DNA of 64,000 nucleotides from Escherichia coli (GTDB lineage Bacteria; Pseudomonadota; Gammaproteobacteria; Enterobacterales; Enterobacteriaceae): NCBI RefSeq assembly GCF_044324875.1, contig NZ_CP172185.1; one strand, 5' to 3'. Shown piece by piece: positions 10,186 to 19,821 of this stretch (position 1 is its first letter; each line of letters starts with the position of its first letter). The notes under the pieces were generated by a model. It saw only the letters and a program-made list of their open reading frames with translations, ran no database searches and was not told where the DNA came from. The position numbers and the translations under genes were made by a program.

Positions 10186-10592
10186 ACTGTGCTCCTGCCG
10201 GCGAGTTCGCGGACGATCCGGAGCTGTATCTCCGGGTCAGGATTGTCGAGTGTGAGGGTGCCGTGGCGAAGCGTCAGCGAGCAGGTTGACCCCGTTCCCT
10301 GACCAGACAGAGCCGGAGACTGCCGGGTGGTGGAGTCAGGTACAATTTCGACCGGAAATGCCGCAGGAGGGGATACAGATGGAACGGGAGCTGGCAGCCG
10401 GCGGAATACCCGGCCTTCTTTACGCCACAGACGGATCCATTTAAAAAGGACGTTATCGTTGACCCCGTGCGTACGGGCAATATCCGCAACATTGGCGTCC
10501 GGTCGGGTAGCCAGTTCGACCAGCCTGAGTTTGAATTCGCTGGAATAAACGCGGCGGGGTTCGGTCCGCCAGGCCCGGGTTTCAGATTCCAT
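10182..10592 (-). CDS. tnpA: IS66 Orf1 (TnpA)
   Basis: 136 aa, helix-turn-helix N-terminus, ATGA overlap with tnpB. Confidence 0.8.
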   Translation of the reverse strand: MESETRAWRTEPRRVYSSEFKLRLVELATRPDANVADIARTHGVNDNVLFKWIRLWRKEGRVFRRLPAPVPSVSPPAAFPVEIVPDSTTRQSPALSGQGTGSTCSLTLRHGTLTLDNPDPEIQLRIVRELAGRSTV

Positions 10593-10729
10593 AACTTAGA
10601 TGTCCGTCTGTTTCAGATGGGCGTCTAAGTTAGCGTTTTCACTCGACTGCCTGAAGACGTCTCTGACGGGTCGCTTACGTAAAATCAACCACGGGAAGCT
10701 CAACGGTGAAGTACTTTACCAGTTGATCA

Positions 10730-10969
<240 letters not shown>

Positions 10970-11393
10970 AATGGCAGGTTACTACCAAACGAATTGGAAA
11001 ATAGATACTGGAAAAAAATTTAAAATCGTGATCATTTTTTGTTGACCACTACAAACATTTATGTTTTTTTATGCGAATGAAGTTATCCTTCCTTTCTGCC
11101 TGGTTGTCTCATTCATACAGATATCTGGCAGACATAACTTGTTGTGAAAAGTAGATGCTTACCGCATGTCTGATGCACTTTTGTATAAAGGCAAAGTATT
11201 TCAGCAAATGGAAATGATTATATGAACAACACAGACTCATTAGAAAAAATAATCAAACATCAACAAAACAACGATCCAAAATACCCCTGCCAGGAGCATC
11301 TGTTGATACAACTCTGTATCCGCGTAAACAAAAAAAATACAGGATAATATATCGAGTTTACTCAGTGGATATGGAATAAATTATTCAACATAT

Positions 11394-11723
11394 ATGGTTC
11401 TTACCATATTATCCACAGCAGATAATCATTGTCTTTCGCCCTCAAAGATAAGCAGAGAACTCCAGTTTACCAGAACAAACATTACCCGCATTACAGATTT
11501 TTTAGAAAAAGCAGGGTATATAGAAAGAACTGATAGCAGAGAGGATCGCCGTGCTAAAAAAATCAGTCTGACATCAGATGGTCTGTCCTTTATTCAGAAC
11601 GTCAATATTGCACAAAGTCTGCACCTGAAAGAAATCTGGAGCCCGCTGACCCATGTAGAGTGTGAACTGTTTGAAGACATTAATAAAAAATTACTGACGC
11701 ATATTGCTGATGTGTGTCCCTAA
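11394..11723 (+). CDS. MarR-family transcriptional regulator (possibly N-terminally truncated)
   Basis: Winged-helix signature ...ISRELQFTRTNITRITDFLEKAGYIERTDSREDRRAKKISLTSDG; only 109 aa and no clear SD; upstream in-frame stop at 11325; AT-rich context. Confidence 0.45.
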   Translation: MVLTILSTADNHCLSPSKISRELQFTRTNITRITDFLEKAGYIERTDSREDRRAKKISLTSDGLSFIQNVNIAQSLHLKEIWSPLTHVECELFEDINKKLLTHIADVCP

Positions 11724-12394
11724 AGCATGAAGAGTTTGAGGAAACTGAAGAGCTTCAAGCAATGAATCATATAATAAGCAGGCATAAGAGCGACATAACT
11801 ACAGGCGGAAACAGCGATACAAGAAAACTACTGGTTTAGGTCACAATGCAGCAAAATGACAAACTCATACGACGGTTCTTGTGAATGATGCGGTGCCTAA
11901 CCCGCAAATATCAGCATGATTCACCGTAGAACTTACTGATACAAGATAACGTAATGATTGAGCTTATCTCATATGGGGTAACGCGCAATAAAAATAGTTG
12001 AAACATTGTTTATAATTGTTCAATCTATCTTATTTTTATTAATATAGTTGAGCTTCTCAACACATTACTTTAAAGTTCTACACTAAAGAGAACAAAATTA
12101 TCACAACGGATATGGAGATACTTTCAGGCCAGTCAAACCGGTTTAACTGATATGGTTGAATACACGCTTGACTATGAATGGTTTATGGTATTCAGTCCCG
12201 ATAACTATGGGGCCAGTTTTGTGTAGCTTTCAACTTTAGTTGTTTTCACTCATCATAGATGATGCAATAAAAACATCATTTTCTCACGCATTGCATATTG
12301 CTGGTATATCCATATCGCATGTAGCACAGAGTGTTGACTAAATTATAGAAATATGATTTTTTATCTCATTGACAAAGAAGTTAAGGACCGAGAG

Positions 12395-12820
12395 ATGAGT
12401 TTTAATACCACACACGAGAAATCTGAAATCTATCGTCTGATCCTTAGAGAAAGTGAACTCATTACAGCATGGGTAAAATCTGGAGACACGCCGTCAGCAG
12501 TTTACGGAAAACTACGTGATAAAAACCCGGATATAATCTTTTCGATAAATGGCTTTTTATATAACCTACGTAACTTTAACTATGCACTATATGAAACAGC
12601 CACAAAGAACAAAAGCAAAACAAGGTTAATAATACTCAACCATTATGATGATATTGCATCAGCTATCCGTGCTGGTCATACGCTTAAAGGTGTTTACAAA
12701 CTCGTATGCCCACATATAACATATAACTGTTTTATTACACAACTCAGGAAAACCTATCCTGACCTGCATTCTCAGGGTAAAGCGAATCGCAGCAACAAAA
12801 ACAGAATAATAGCTAACTGA
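12395..12820 (+). CDS. hypothetical protein with C-terminal HTH-like segment
   Basis: ORF track 12353..12820; AAGGA SD favours the ATG at 12395 (MSFNTTHEK); C-terminal DIASAIRAGHTLKGVYKLV resembles a helix-turn-helix; low GC. Confidence 0.35.
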   Translation: MSFNTTHEKSEIYRLILRESELITAWVKSGDTPSAVYGKLRDKNPDIIFSINGFLYNLRNFNYALYETATKNKSKTRLIILNHYDDIASAIRAGHTLKGVYKLVCPHITYNCFITQLRKTYPDLHSQGKANRSNKNRIIAN

Positions 12821-13128
12821 TGATATATAAAATGTTTTACACTATATCTTTTATTGTAACTAAAATTACTTTGATCCTACAAAAAGAAAGGTAAGAAGGG
12901 GTTTAAAAGATCATCACGAGACAACTGTTCTAGTTTTTTAAGCCCCCCATTAATTTAAAAAACAGATACCAAGCATGAATAAGATTATATAAATTTCATT
13001 ACATACAATTCATTACTGTCCGGACAAACATTGTTGTTTATAAAATATAACACACCAATTGTAAAGCTGTGAGGTCATGCTACTTTTAACAGAATTTTTA
13101 AACAAGAGGGAATGGGAGACCATTAATA

Positions 13129-13314
13129 ATGCAAGAAACAAAAATCAACCGCAAATCTAACTGTACAAACTGCAATATTCCCGGATGTAAGCAAACCCCG
13201 TTTTGCAAGTACTGTCGTAGTGTCAAAGATATATCCGGAGCTAGACGCTCTTTATATCTCCATGTAGCAATATTCATCATTATTATTGTACTTACTATTA
13301 TTTCAGTACTTTGA
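13129..13314 (+). CDS. small Cys-rich membrane protein (61 aa)
   Basis: GGGAG SD; N-terminal C-x2-C-x4-C-x6-C-x2-C cluster then a single hydrophobic helix (VAIFIIIIVLTIISVL); antisense ORF 13098..13343 considered less likely. Confidence 0.3.
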   Translation: MQETKINRKSNCTNCNIPGCKQTPFCKYCRSVKDISGARRSLYLHVAIFIIIIVLTIISVL

Positions 13315-13948
13315 CAAGCCTTTTTGCACCAACTGATGTACACAATCAGATTTCAGCCTGTCCGTAATAATTATATTTGATATTACATTAACGCTCTTTA
13401 ACTGTAGGACAGCACAGCGTAAATTGTTGAATAGTTCATTTAAAAAATCATAAGGATAAAAAACCAACACTTAAAACATTGTTCTTTTTCAAGAACACAT
13501 AGTTAAATAAAATAACAAACCACTACCAACTTTAAAACATTAAAAAAAACTGTGAGAGATTACTTTAAAAAGAGTTCATAGCTTTTTAATAAACCATATA
13601 AAATAAACAATACATATGTTACCCCCCCAGCAAAAACGTGACAAAAACATAACACCATAAGCAGGTACCATATAACCGCACACCACCATAACGAATTGGT
13701 CACTGGTTCATGACAAACCGTTCATAATTGCTAAAAATATTAATACACCATCATATAGACTTTCATGTCTAATGAAAAAAATATTTATACTCCAGAATAG
13801 CCACAACCTTTATAAAATTCAGCTCATTAGAATATAAATGCATATGCCAATGAACAGAATACATTCTCATCCTTATTGAGGAACATACTGCCTGAGAGAA
13901 AAATCATCACTCAGACTTTGAAATAACATTGTCGAGTTCATATTATAC

Positions 13949-13973
13949 AAAAGGGGAGTCATTCCCCTTTTTT
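13949..13973. terminator. hairpin terminator downstream of iolB
   Basis: AAAAGGGGA-GTCAT-TCCCCTTTT flanked by T/A runs on both strands, immediately 3-prime of the iolB stop. Confidence 0.55.
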
Positions 13974-13989
13974 AGCTTAGGTACTCAGT

Positions 13990-14811
13990 TTATAAAGAAA
14001 TGGCAGAATACTCTGTGTTTATCCATGAGTGTTCCTTTTCCCAGGTGAATATCCATTTACGTACTGGTCCGGCCATCACGTTAAGGTAATAACTGTCATA
14101 CCCGGCCATCGTCGCCACCGGGTGGTACCCTTTCGGCACCATGACCACGTCACGGTTATAGACCGCCATACATTCATCAAGTGTGCGGTCATCGGTATAC
14201 ACCCGCTGCATGCAGAACCCCTGTTCCGGGTTGAGGCGATGGTAATAGGTCTCCTCCAGATAGCTCTCCTGAGGCGGGTTATTCGTATCGTGTTTATGGC
14301 TCGGGTACGAACTGGTACAGCCTTCGTTGGTCCAGACCTCGACGACCAGCAGGCTGTCAGCGGGCTTGTCTTCCGGCAAAATATTATGCACATAACGCTG
14401 GTTGTGGCCGTTACCGCGCGCTTCGCCATCGATATCCTGAGGTGCAATCAACCGCGTCGGGTATGTCCCTTTTCCCGGAGCGGTACAGACTGCCAGCTCC
14501 AGTTTCGTCAGCGCCTTCACCTGCACTGCCTCCTGCGGGGTGACGTAAACCGCCCAAGGTTTGATGCGCTCGAACGGGCTCATCCGCTCCCCGATATCAG
14601 TAAACTGTGCAGAAGGAGTGCTGATGAAAGCGCGCCCGGCCACAAGCACCAGACAGCGCTCTTCACTGACAGCGGGCAGCGTCAGTTGCTGCCCTTCCTC
14701 AAGTTCATAGGCCTCAAAGCCAACATATCCCCATCCGGCGCTTTCCGGCGTGACAGACTGAGTCCGCCCCTCAGCGTTCGGCTGTTGCCAGCGTGATAAC
14801 AGACGTGACAT
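13990..14811 (-). CDS. iolB: 5-deoxy-glucuronate isomerase IolB
   Basis: 273-aa cupin-type protein; position at end of iol operon. Confidence 0.8.
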   Translation of the reverse strand: MSRLLSRWQQPNAEGRTQSVTPESAGWGYVGFEAYELEEGQQLTLPAVSEERCLVLVAGRAFISTPSAQFTDIGERMSPFERIKPWAVYVTPQEAVQVKALTKLELAVCTAPGKGTYPTRLIAPQDIDGEARGNGHNQRYVHNILPEDKPADSLLVVEVWTNEGCTSSYPSHKHDTNNPPQESYLEETYYHRLNPEQGFCMQRVYTDDRTLDECMAVYNRDVVMVPKGYHPVATMAGYDSYYLNVMAGPVRKWIFTWEKEHSWINTEYSAISL

Positions 14812-14820
14812 GTCACCTCC

Positions 14821-15711
14821 TCAGATAAGCCCGGCGTCGCGCGCCAGGCGGCTCAGATTGTTATATCCCAGACGGGCGTAGGTCAGCGGATGGGCGATCG
14901 CCGGGTCCTGTTCAGCCTCCACCACCAGCCAACCGTGATAATCCTGCGTTTTCAGCAGTTGCATAATCGGCGGATAATCCACGCAGCCGTCACCCGGCAC
15001 GGTAAACACGCCGCTCAGCACCGCGTCGAGGAAGCTGGTTTTACGGTTTTTGACGTCCGCCAGCACGTCGGCGCGCACATCTTTGCAGTGAACATGATTG
15101 ATGCGCGATGCCCATCGCTGTGCCACCGCCAGCGGATCGGCCCCGGCAAAGGTCAGGTGGCCGGTATCCAGCAGTAAACCAACCTCCTCACCCGTGTGGA
15201 GCATCAGGTTGTCCACGTCTTGAGCGGACTCAATCACCGTGCCCATATGATGGTGGTAAGCAATCTGTACCCCCTGTTGCTGCGTATAGCGGGCGAACAC
15301 GGTGAGCTTCTCACCATACTCTTTCCAGCATTCCTGCGGGAAACGTGGGCGCAGGTGAACCGGCGTCTGCTGCTCACCGTGAATGCAGCCACTCACTTCC
15401 GCAAAAACCAGTACTTTTGCACCCAGCTCTCGCAGCAGCGTCAGATGCGACTGCACAGCAGCAATCTCGTCCTCTACACTGCGTTCCAACAGGCGGCCGG
15501 AATACCAGCCGGAGACCAACTGCAGGTCGTGGCGCTGCAAAATGGGCCCGAGCAGGCGCGCTTCTCGCGGGAATTTATTGCCCAGTTCGAAGCCAGCAAA
15601 ACCGGCCTCTTTCCCTTCACTCAGGCAGGTCTCCAGAGATGTCTCCGCGCCCAGTGAAGGCAGATCATCGTTCGTCCACGTCAGCGGGTTGATGCCCAGT
15701 TGTACACTCAT
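14821..15711 (-). CDS. iolE: inosose dehydratase IolE
   Basis: Xylose-isomerase-like TIM barrel; track ORF 14821..15747, start at MSVQLGINP (15711) avoids overlap with iolC. Confidence 0.8.
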   Translation of the reverse strand: MSVQLGINPLTWTNDDLPSLGAETSLETCLSEGKEAGFAGFELGNKFPREARLLGPILQRHDLQLVSGWYSGRLLERSVEDEIAAVQSHLTLLRELGAKVLVFAEVSGCIHGEQQTPVHLRPRFPQECWKEYGEKLTVFARYTQQQGVQIAYHHHMGTVIESAQDVDNLMLHTGEEVGLLLDTGHLTFAGADPLAVAQRWASRINHVHCKDVRADVLADVKNRKTSFLDAVLSGVFTVPGDGCVDYPPIMQLLKTQDYHGWLVVEAEQDPAIAHPLTYARLGYNNLSRLARDAGLI

Positions 15712-15722
15712 TGTCGTCTCCA

Positions 15723-17627
15723 TTATGCGTGTCCGCGCTCGCGCCACCAGGCGATAAGCTGCAGGTAGTTGTCCCGGATGCGCGCCACCAGCTGCGCATC
15801 GTCAATATCGTGTTTCAGCCATGCGCGGGAGGCATCGCCAAACAGCGTGCGCCCCACGGCGAAGCCTTTCACCAGCGCCTGCCCCGCGGCAGCTTTGAAG
15901 TCGGCACGCAGCTGTTCCGCCGGAGCATCCAGACCGAGGATCACCACGCCGCGGCAGTGCGGGTCCCGGCGCGCGATAATCTCGCTCAGTGCCGTCCAGC
16001 CTTCGGCGGAGAGCGGCGGCAGTTTCCACCAGTCGGGGTAAATGCCAAGGTTGTAGAAGCGGGAAATGGCACGCAGATAAAGTTCGTCACTGCGCGGCAT
16101 AGTGGCGGGTAATATCACCTCCAGCAGCAGTTCATGTCCGGACTGACAGCAGGCGTGGTACACCTCGGCGATTTTCTGCTCCTGCTCCAGACGCAAGCCG
16201 TGGGCATCTTCCGGATGGAAAAAGACCAGGCACTTCACCACATGCTCCTGCGGCCAACTGATAAGCTGGGTACCAATGTTACCGTGCTCCATCTCCAGCG
16301 GACGCGAGCCTGGCAGTTCAATGGGACGACCAATCCACCACCCTTCGCCGGTAATGGCGTTCAGCGCATCCTGACCAAAGGTGCCATCGCACAGCAGGCC
16401 GGCTTTCCCCTCCAGCCCGGCAGAGCTTGCCGCCTCTCGGCTGGCCTGCAGGATCAGCTGTTTCAGCGCCGGAATACGCTTAAGCGACGCGCCGCACTGC
16501 AGCGCCATATCTTCCAGTTGACTGCGGTGATCGAACGCCATCACGCACAGCTCCGGCCATTCGCGGCGGCGGGTGGTCACCCGGTGCAGATGGTTAAGAC
16601 GCGGGTCAATGTCCGGGCGCGGAACGAGCGCGGCGCGGGAGAGGTAATCATCCAGCTCAATTTTGCTCGGCATCGCCGGTGCACAGCCGTGGCGCGAGAC
16701 CACCAGCGCCCCACAGGCGTTGGCGTAGCGGCACGCCTGCTCCCAGCCCTCGTCGTTCAGGTAACCGCGCAGCAGGCCAGACATAAACGCATCTCCCGCG
16801 CCAAGGACGTTAAGCACCTCCACACGCACGCCGGTCACCGTCAGGCCGTCATCCAGCCGAGGTGGAATGGCATCGGTATACACCGAACAGCCCAGCGCGC
16901 CGCGCTTGCAAACCAGTGTCGCCTTGCTGACGTGGCGCACCTGTGCCAGCGCCTGCAACGTATCGGTGCTGCCCCCCGCAATGTGAAACTCCTCTTCGGT
17001 GCCGACAACGACGTCGAAAAGGTGTAGCACCTCCTGAAGTTCACGGGTAACCTGTTCGGCAACGATAAAACGCGTTTCGCCGTCTCCTAGAGAGGTTAGT
17101 CCCCACAGCACCGGACGGTAGTCGATGTCCAGCACCGTGCGCACGCCGTGACGGCGGGCGTAATTCAGCGCCGTCAGCACCGCCTCGCGGGTCTGCGGGT
17201 GAGAAAGGTGAGTCCCGGTGATGGCAATACACCGTGCGGAGGCAATGTAGCTTTCGTCCACATCGCTGGCAGTAATCGCCATATCCGCGCAGTTATCGCG
17301 ATAAAAAATCAGAGGAAAGGTGTCCCGGTCTTTAATGCCGAGTAGCACCAGCGCCGTGAGGCGTTCTTTATCGGTGATCAGATGGCTGGTATCGCAGCCC
17401 ACCTGGTTTAACTCTTCCCGCAGGAAGCGCCCCATATGTTCATCGCCAACGCGCGCCAGCATTGACGAGCGTAAGCCCTGACGCGCGGTACCGTACGCCA
17501 CGTTGCCGGACGAGCCGCCGAGATATTTGGCGAAGCTCGACACATCCTCCAGGCGGGCACCAATTTGCTGGCTGTAGAGGTCTACCGCCACGCGGCCCAT
17601 GCATATCACATCAAACTGCTTTTCCAC
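15723..17627 (-). CDS. iolC: fused 5-dehydro-2-deoxygluconokinase (IolC) with C-terminal DUF2090/IolJ-like domain
   Basis: 634 aa, GTG start; N-terminal PfkB ribokinase-like motifs (GGSSGN, GAGDAF) plus ~300-aa C-terminal extension seen in enterobacterial IolC. Confidence 0.8.
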   Translation of the reverse strand: MEKQFDVICMGRVAVDLYSQQIGARLEDVSSFAKYLGGSSGNVAYGTARQGLRSSMLARVGDEHMGRFLREELNQVGCDTSHLITDKERLTALVLLGIKDRDTFPLIFYRDNCADMAITASDVDESYIASARCIAITGTHLSHPQTREAVLTALNYARRHGVRTVLDIDYRPVLWGLTSLGDGETRFIVAEQVTRELQEVLHLFDVVVGTEEEFHIAGGSTDTLQALAQVRHVSKATLVCKRGALGCSVYTDAIPPRLDDGLTVTGVRVEVLNVLGAGDAFMSGLLRGYLNDEGWEQACRYANACGALVVSRHGCAPAMPSKIELDDYLSRAALVPRPDIDPRLNHLHRVTTRRREWPELCVMAFDHRSQLEDMALQCGASLKRIPALKQLILQASREAASSAGLEGKAGLLCDGTFGQDALNAITGEGWWIGRPIELPGSRPLEMEHGNIGTQLISWPQEHVVKCLVFFHPEDAHGLRLEQEQKIAEVYHACCQSGHELLLEVILPATMPRSDELYLRAISRFYNLGIYPDWWKLPPLSAEGWTALSEIIARRDPHCRGVVILGLDAPAEQLRADFKAAAGQALVKGFAVGRTLFGDASRAWLKHDIDDAQLVARIRDNYLQLIAWWRERGHA

Positions 17628-17639
17628 GTTGAACCCTCT

Positions 17640-18785
17640 TCAGACAATGTCATTCACGTTCAGCCAGAGGCCCTGCTGGTGTGAGAGTGCGATGGCATCC
17701 AGCACGCGCGAGACCTTCCAGCCCTCTTCGAAGTCCGGCCACATCGGTGCGTCGGTGGCAATGCCGTCTACCAGATCACGCACTTCCACCGTTTTTTGAT
17801 CGTTAAAGCCGATACCATGACCTGCGCCCATGCAAAACGCGCCGTAATCCGGGTGTGCCGGACCGACCAACAGTGTCTGGAACCCCTGACGGTTCACCGG
17901 ATCATCATGCAGATAGAGCTTTATCTCTGCCATCCGCTCTTGGGTAAAACTGATCGCTCCTTTGGTACCAGTAATGACGTATGACAGCCCCATCTTGCGG
18001 CCGCAGGCGACGCGGGAAGTTTCAATGACGCCCTGCGCCCCGCCCGCAAAGCGCACCATCGCGTGGGCCTGATCTTCATTTTCCACGGTGACCATTTCCG
18101 ACGATCCGGCCTTTGCCGGACGTGCCGGCACCACAATTTTCAGATCGCCACAGACCTGCTCAATCTCTCCCACCAGATACTGGGCCATATTGACGATATG
18201 TGCCGCCAGGTCACCCAGAGCCCCCAGTCCGGCGGTCTCTTTAAAACAGTGCCAGTGAATAGGGGAAAGCGGGTCGGCCATATAGTCTTCGTTGTGGGTT
18301 CCGTAGAAGTGGATCACCTCACCAATTTCGCCGCACGCAATAATCTCTTTCGCCAACTGTGCCGTCGGGTTTTTCATGTAATTGAAACCCACCAGCGTTT
18401 TCACCCCTGCCCGCTTCGCAGCGTCGACCATCTCACGCGCGTCGTGGGCATTCAGTGCCAGCGGCTTTTCCGAATAGACGTGCTTGCCGTGGCGGATCGC
18501 CTCCAGCGCCATCTCTTTGTGAAGATGGTTAGGGGAGCAAATATCCACCACATCAATGGCCGGGTCGGCCACGAGCACCCGCCAGTCTCCGGTTGAGCGA
18601 TTGAAGCCAAACGCCTGCGCGCGTTCTGCCGCCAGCGCCGGATTCACCTCAGCCACCATCTCGCGCACCAGTTTGCCGCGCAGATTGAACACCGTCGGTG
18701 CCTGGGCATAGGCAATGGCATGCGCCTTGCCAATATACCCGGTGCCAATCAATCCAATACGAACCTCTTTCATCGTGATCCTCAC
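17640..18785 (-). CDS. Gfo/Idh/MocA-family oxidoreductase (inositol dehydrogenase paralogue)
   Basis: Rossmann motif GLIGTGYIGKAH and EKP motif; ATGA overlap with upstream permease gene. Confidence 0.75.
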   Translation of the reverse strand: MRITMKEVRIGLIGTGYIGKAHAIAYAQAPTVFNLRGKLVREMVAEVNPALAAERAQAFGFNRSTGDWRVLVADPAIDVVDICSPNHLHKEMALEAIRHGKHVYSEKPLALNAHDAREMVDAAKRAGVKTLVGFNYMKNPTAQLAKEIIACGEIGEVIHFYGTHNEDYMADPLSPIHWHCFKETAGLGALGDLAAHIVNMAQYLVGEIEQVCGDLKIVVPARPAKAGSSEMVTVENEDQAHAMVRFAGGAQGVIETSRVACGRKMGLSYVITGTKGAISFTQERMAEIKLYLHDDPVNRQGFQTLLVGPAHPDYGAFCMGAGHGIGFNDQKTVEVRDLVDGIATDAPMWPDFEEGWKVSRVLDAIALSHQQGLWLNVNDIV

Positions 18786-19810
18786 AGTGCGCCGCGACGG
18801 CTCTTGGCATAGGTGTCGAATGCCACCGCCAGAACGATAATTAATCCGGTGATAATTTGCTGGTAGTAGGCCGAGACGTTCATCAGTACCAGGCCATTAA
18901 TCAGAATGCCCATGATGATGGAGCCGATGATAGTGCCGCCGATACGCCCATATCCCCCCATCAACGACGTGCCGCCAATAACCACCGAGGCAATAACACG
19001 CAGCTCAAAGGAGATCCCGGCAACCGCCTCAGCGCTCCCCAGACGAGCGCTCAGGATGAAGCCCGCCAGCCCCGCCAGACAGCCAATCAGCACATAGACG
19101 CTAACCAGCACACGCTTCACGTTTACCCCAGCCAGACGTGCCGCCTCCGGGTTGCCACCGATTGCATAGACGAAGCGCCCCCAACGGGTTTTATGCAGTG
19201 CCAGATAACCACCAATGGCAACGATGGCGAAGATCCAGATCGGAATGGAGATGCCGAGCAATTCCCCTCGTCCCCACCAGCGATAACCCTGATCGAAGCC
19301 GGCAATCGGCGCACCGTCGTTAATCACGAGCGTCAGACCACGCCAGATGGTCATCCCGCCAAGGGTGACGATGAACGGTGGTAGGCGCAGGCGGGTGACG
19401 CCCAAACCGTGCAGGAAGCCAATCGCTGTACCCATGGTCAGACAAATCCCCAGCCCAATCAGCCAGCTCATACCGCCCCAAGCGTTCGGATCGACTGTGG
19501 TGAAATTGTCGCCTTTGATCACGTACGCCGCTGTCATGGCGCACACTGCCAGAATAGAGCCCACGGAGAGGTCGATCCCAGCGGTCAGAATGACGAAGGT
19601 CATCCCCACGGCCATGATTCCGTAGATGGAGACTTCGGTCAGGATGTTGAAAATATTGCGTTCAGAGAAAAAATTACTGTTCTGCGACTGAAAGAAGATC
19701 AGCAGCAGGATCATGAAAATCAGTACCCCGAAGCGCTCGAAGAAGGCAATGGGATCGATGCGTCCGGCGCGTTTTACCGGGACCTGCGTTTTAGGAATCA
19801 TCTGCGTCAT
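18782..19810 (-). CDS. sugar (inositol-type) ABC transporter permease
   Basis: 342 aa, RbsC-like permease with about 10 hydrophobic helices. Confidence 0.8.
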   Translation of the reverse strand: MTQMIPKTQVPVKRAGRIDPIAFFERFGVLIFMILLLIFFQSQNSNFFSERNIFNILTEVSIYGIMAVGMTFVILTAGIDLSVGSILAVCAMTAAYVIKGDNFTTVDPNAWGGMSWLIGLGICLTMGTAIGFLHGLGVTRLRLPPFIVTLGGMTIWRGLTLVINDGAPIAGFDQGYRWWGRGELLGISIPIWIFAIVAIGGYLALHKTRWGRFVYAIGGNPEAARLAGVNVKRVLVSVYVLIGCLAGLAGFILSARLGSAEAVAGISFELRVIASVVIGGTSLMGGYGRIGGTIIGSIIMGILINGLVLMNVSAYYQQIITGLIIVLAVAFDTYAKSRRGAL

Positions 19811-19821
19811 GAGAAACTCCG

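Larger units (their letters stand above)
8129..10678 (-). mobile_element. IS66-family insertion sequence (~2.55 kb)
   Basis: tnpA-tnpB-tnpC in canonical order on minus strand; GTAAGCG-type termini at both ends; no 8-bp target duplication. Confidence 0.8.

Noticed and set aside
14029-14796. 255-aa plus-strand ORF
   Set aside because: Entirely antisense to iolB, Arg/His-rich low-complexity translation, no ribosome-binding site; shadow ORF.
16134-17027. 297-aa plus-strand ORF
   Set aside because: Antisense to iolC; composition typical of a GC-rich antisense frame; no support.
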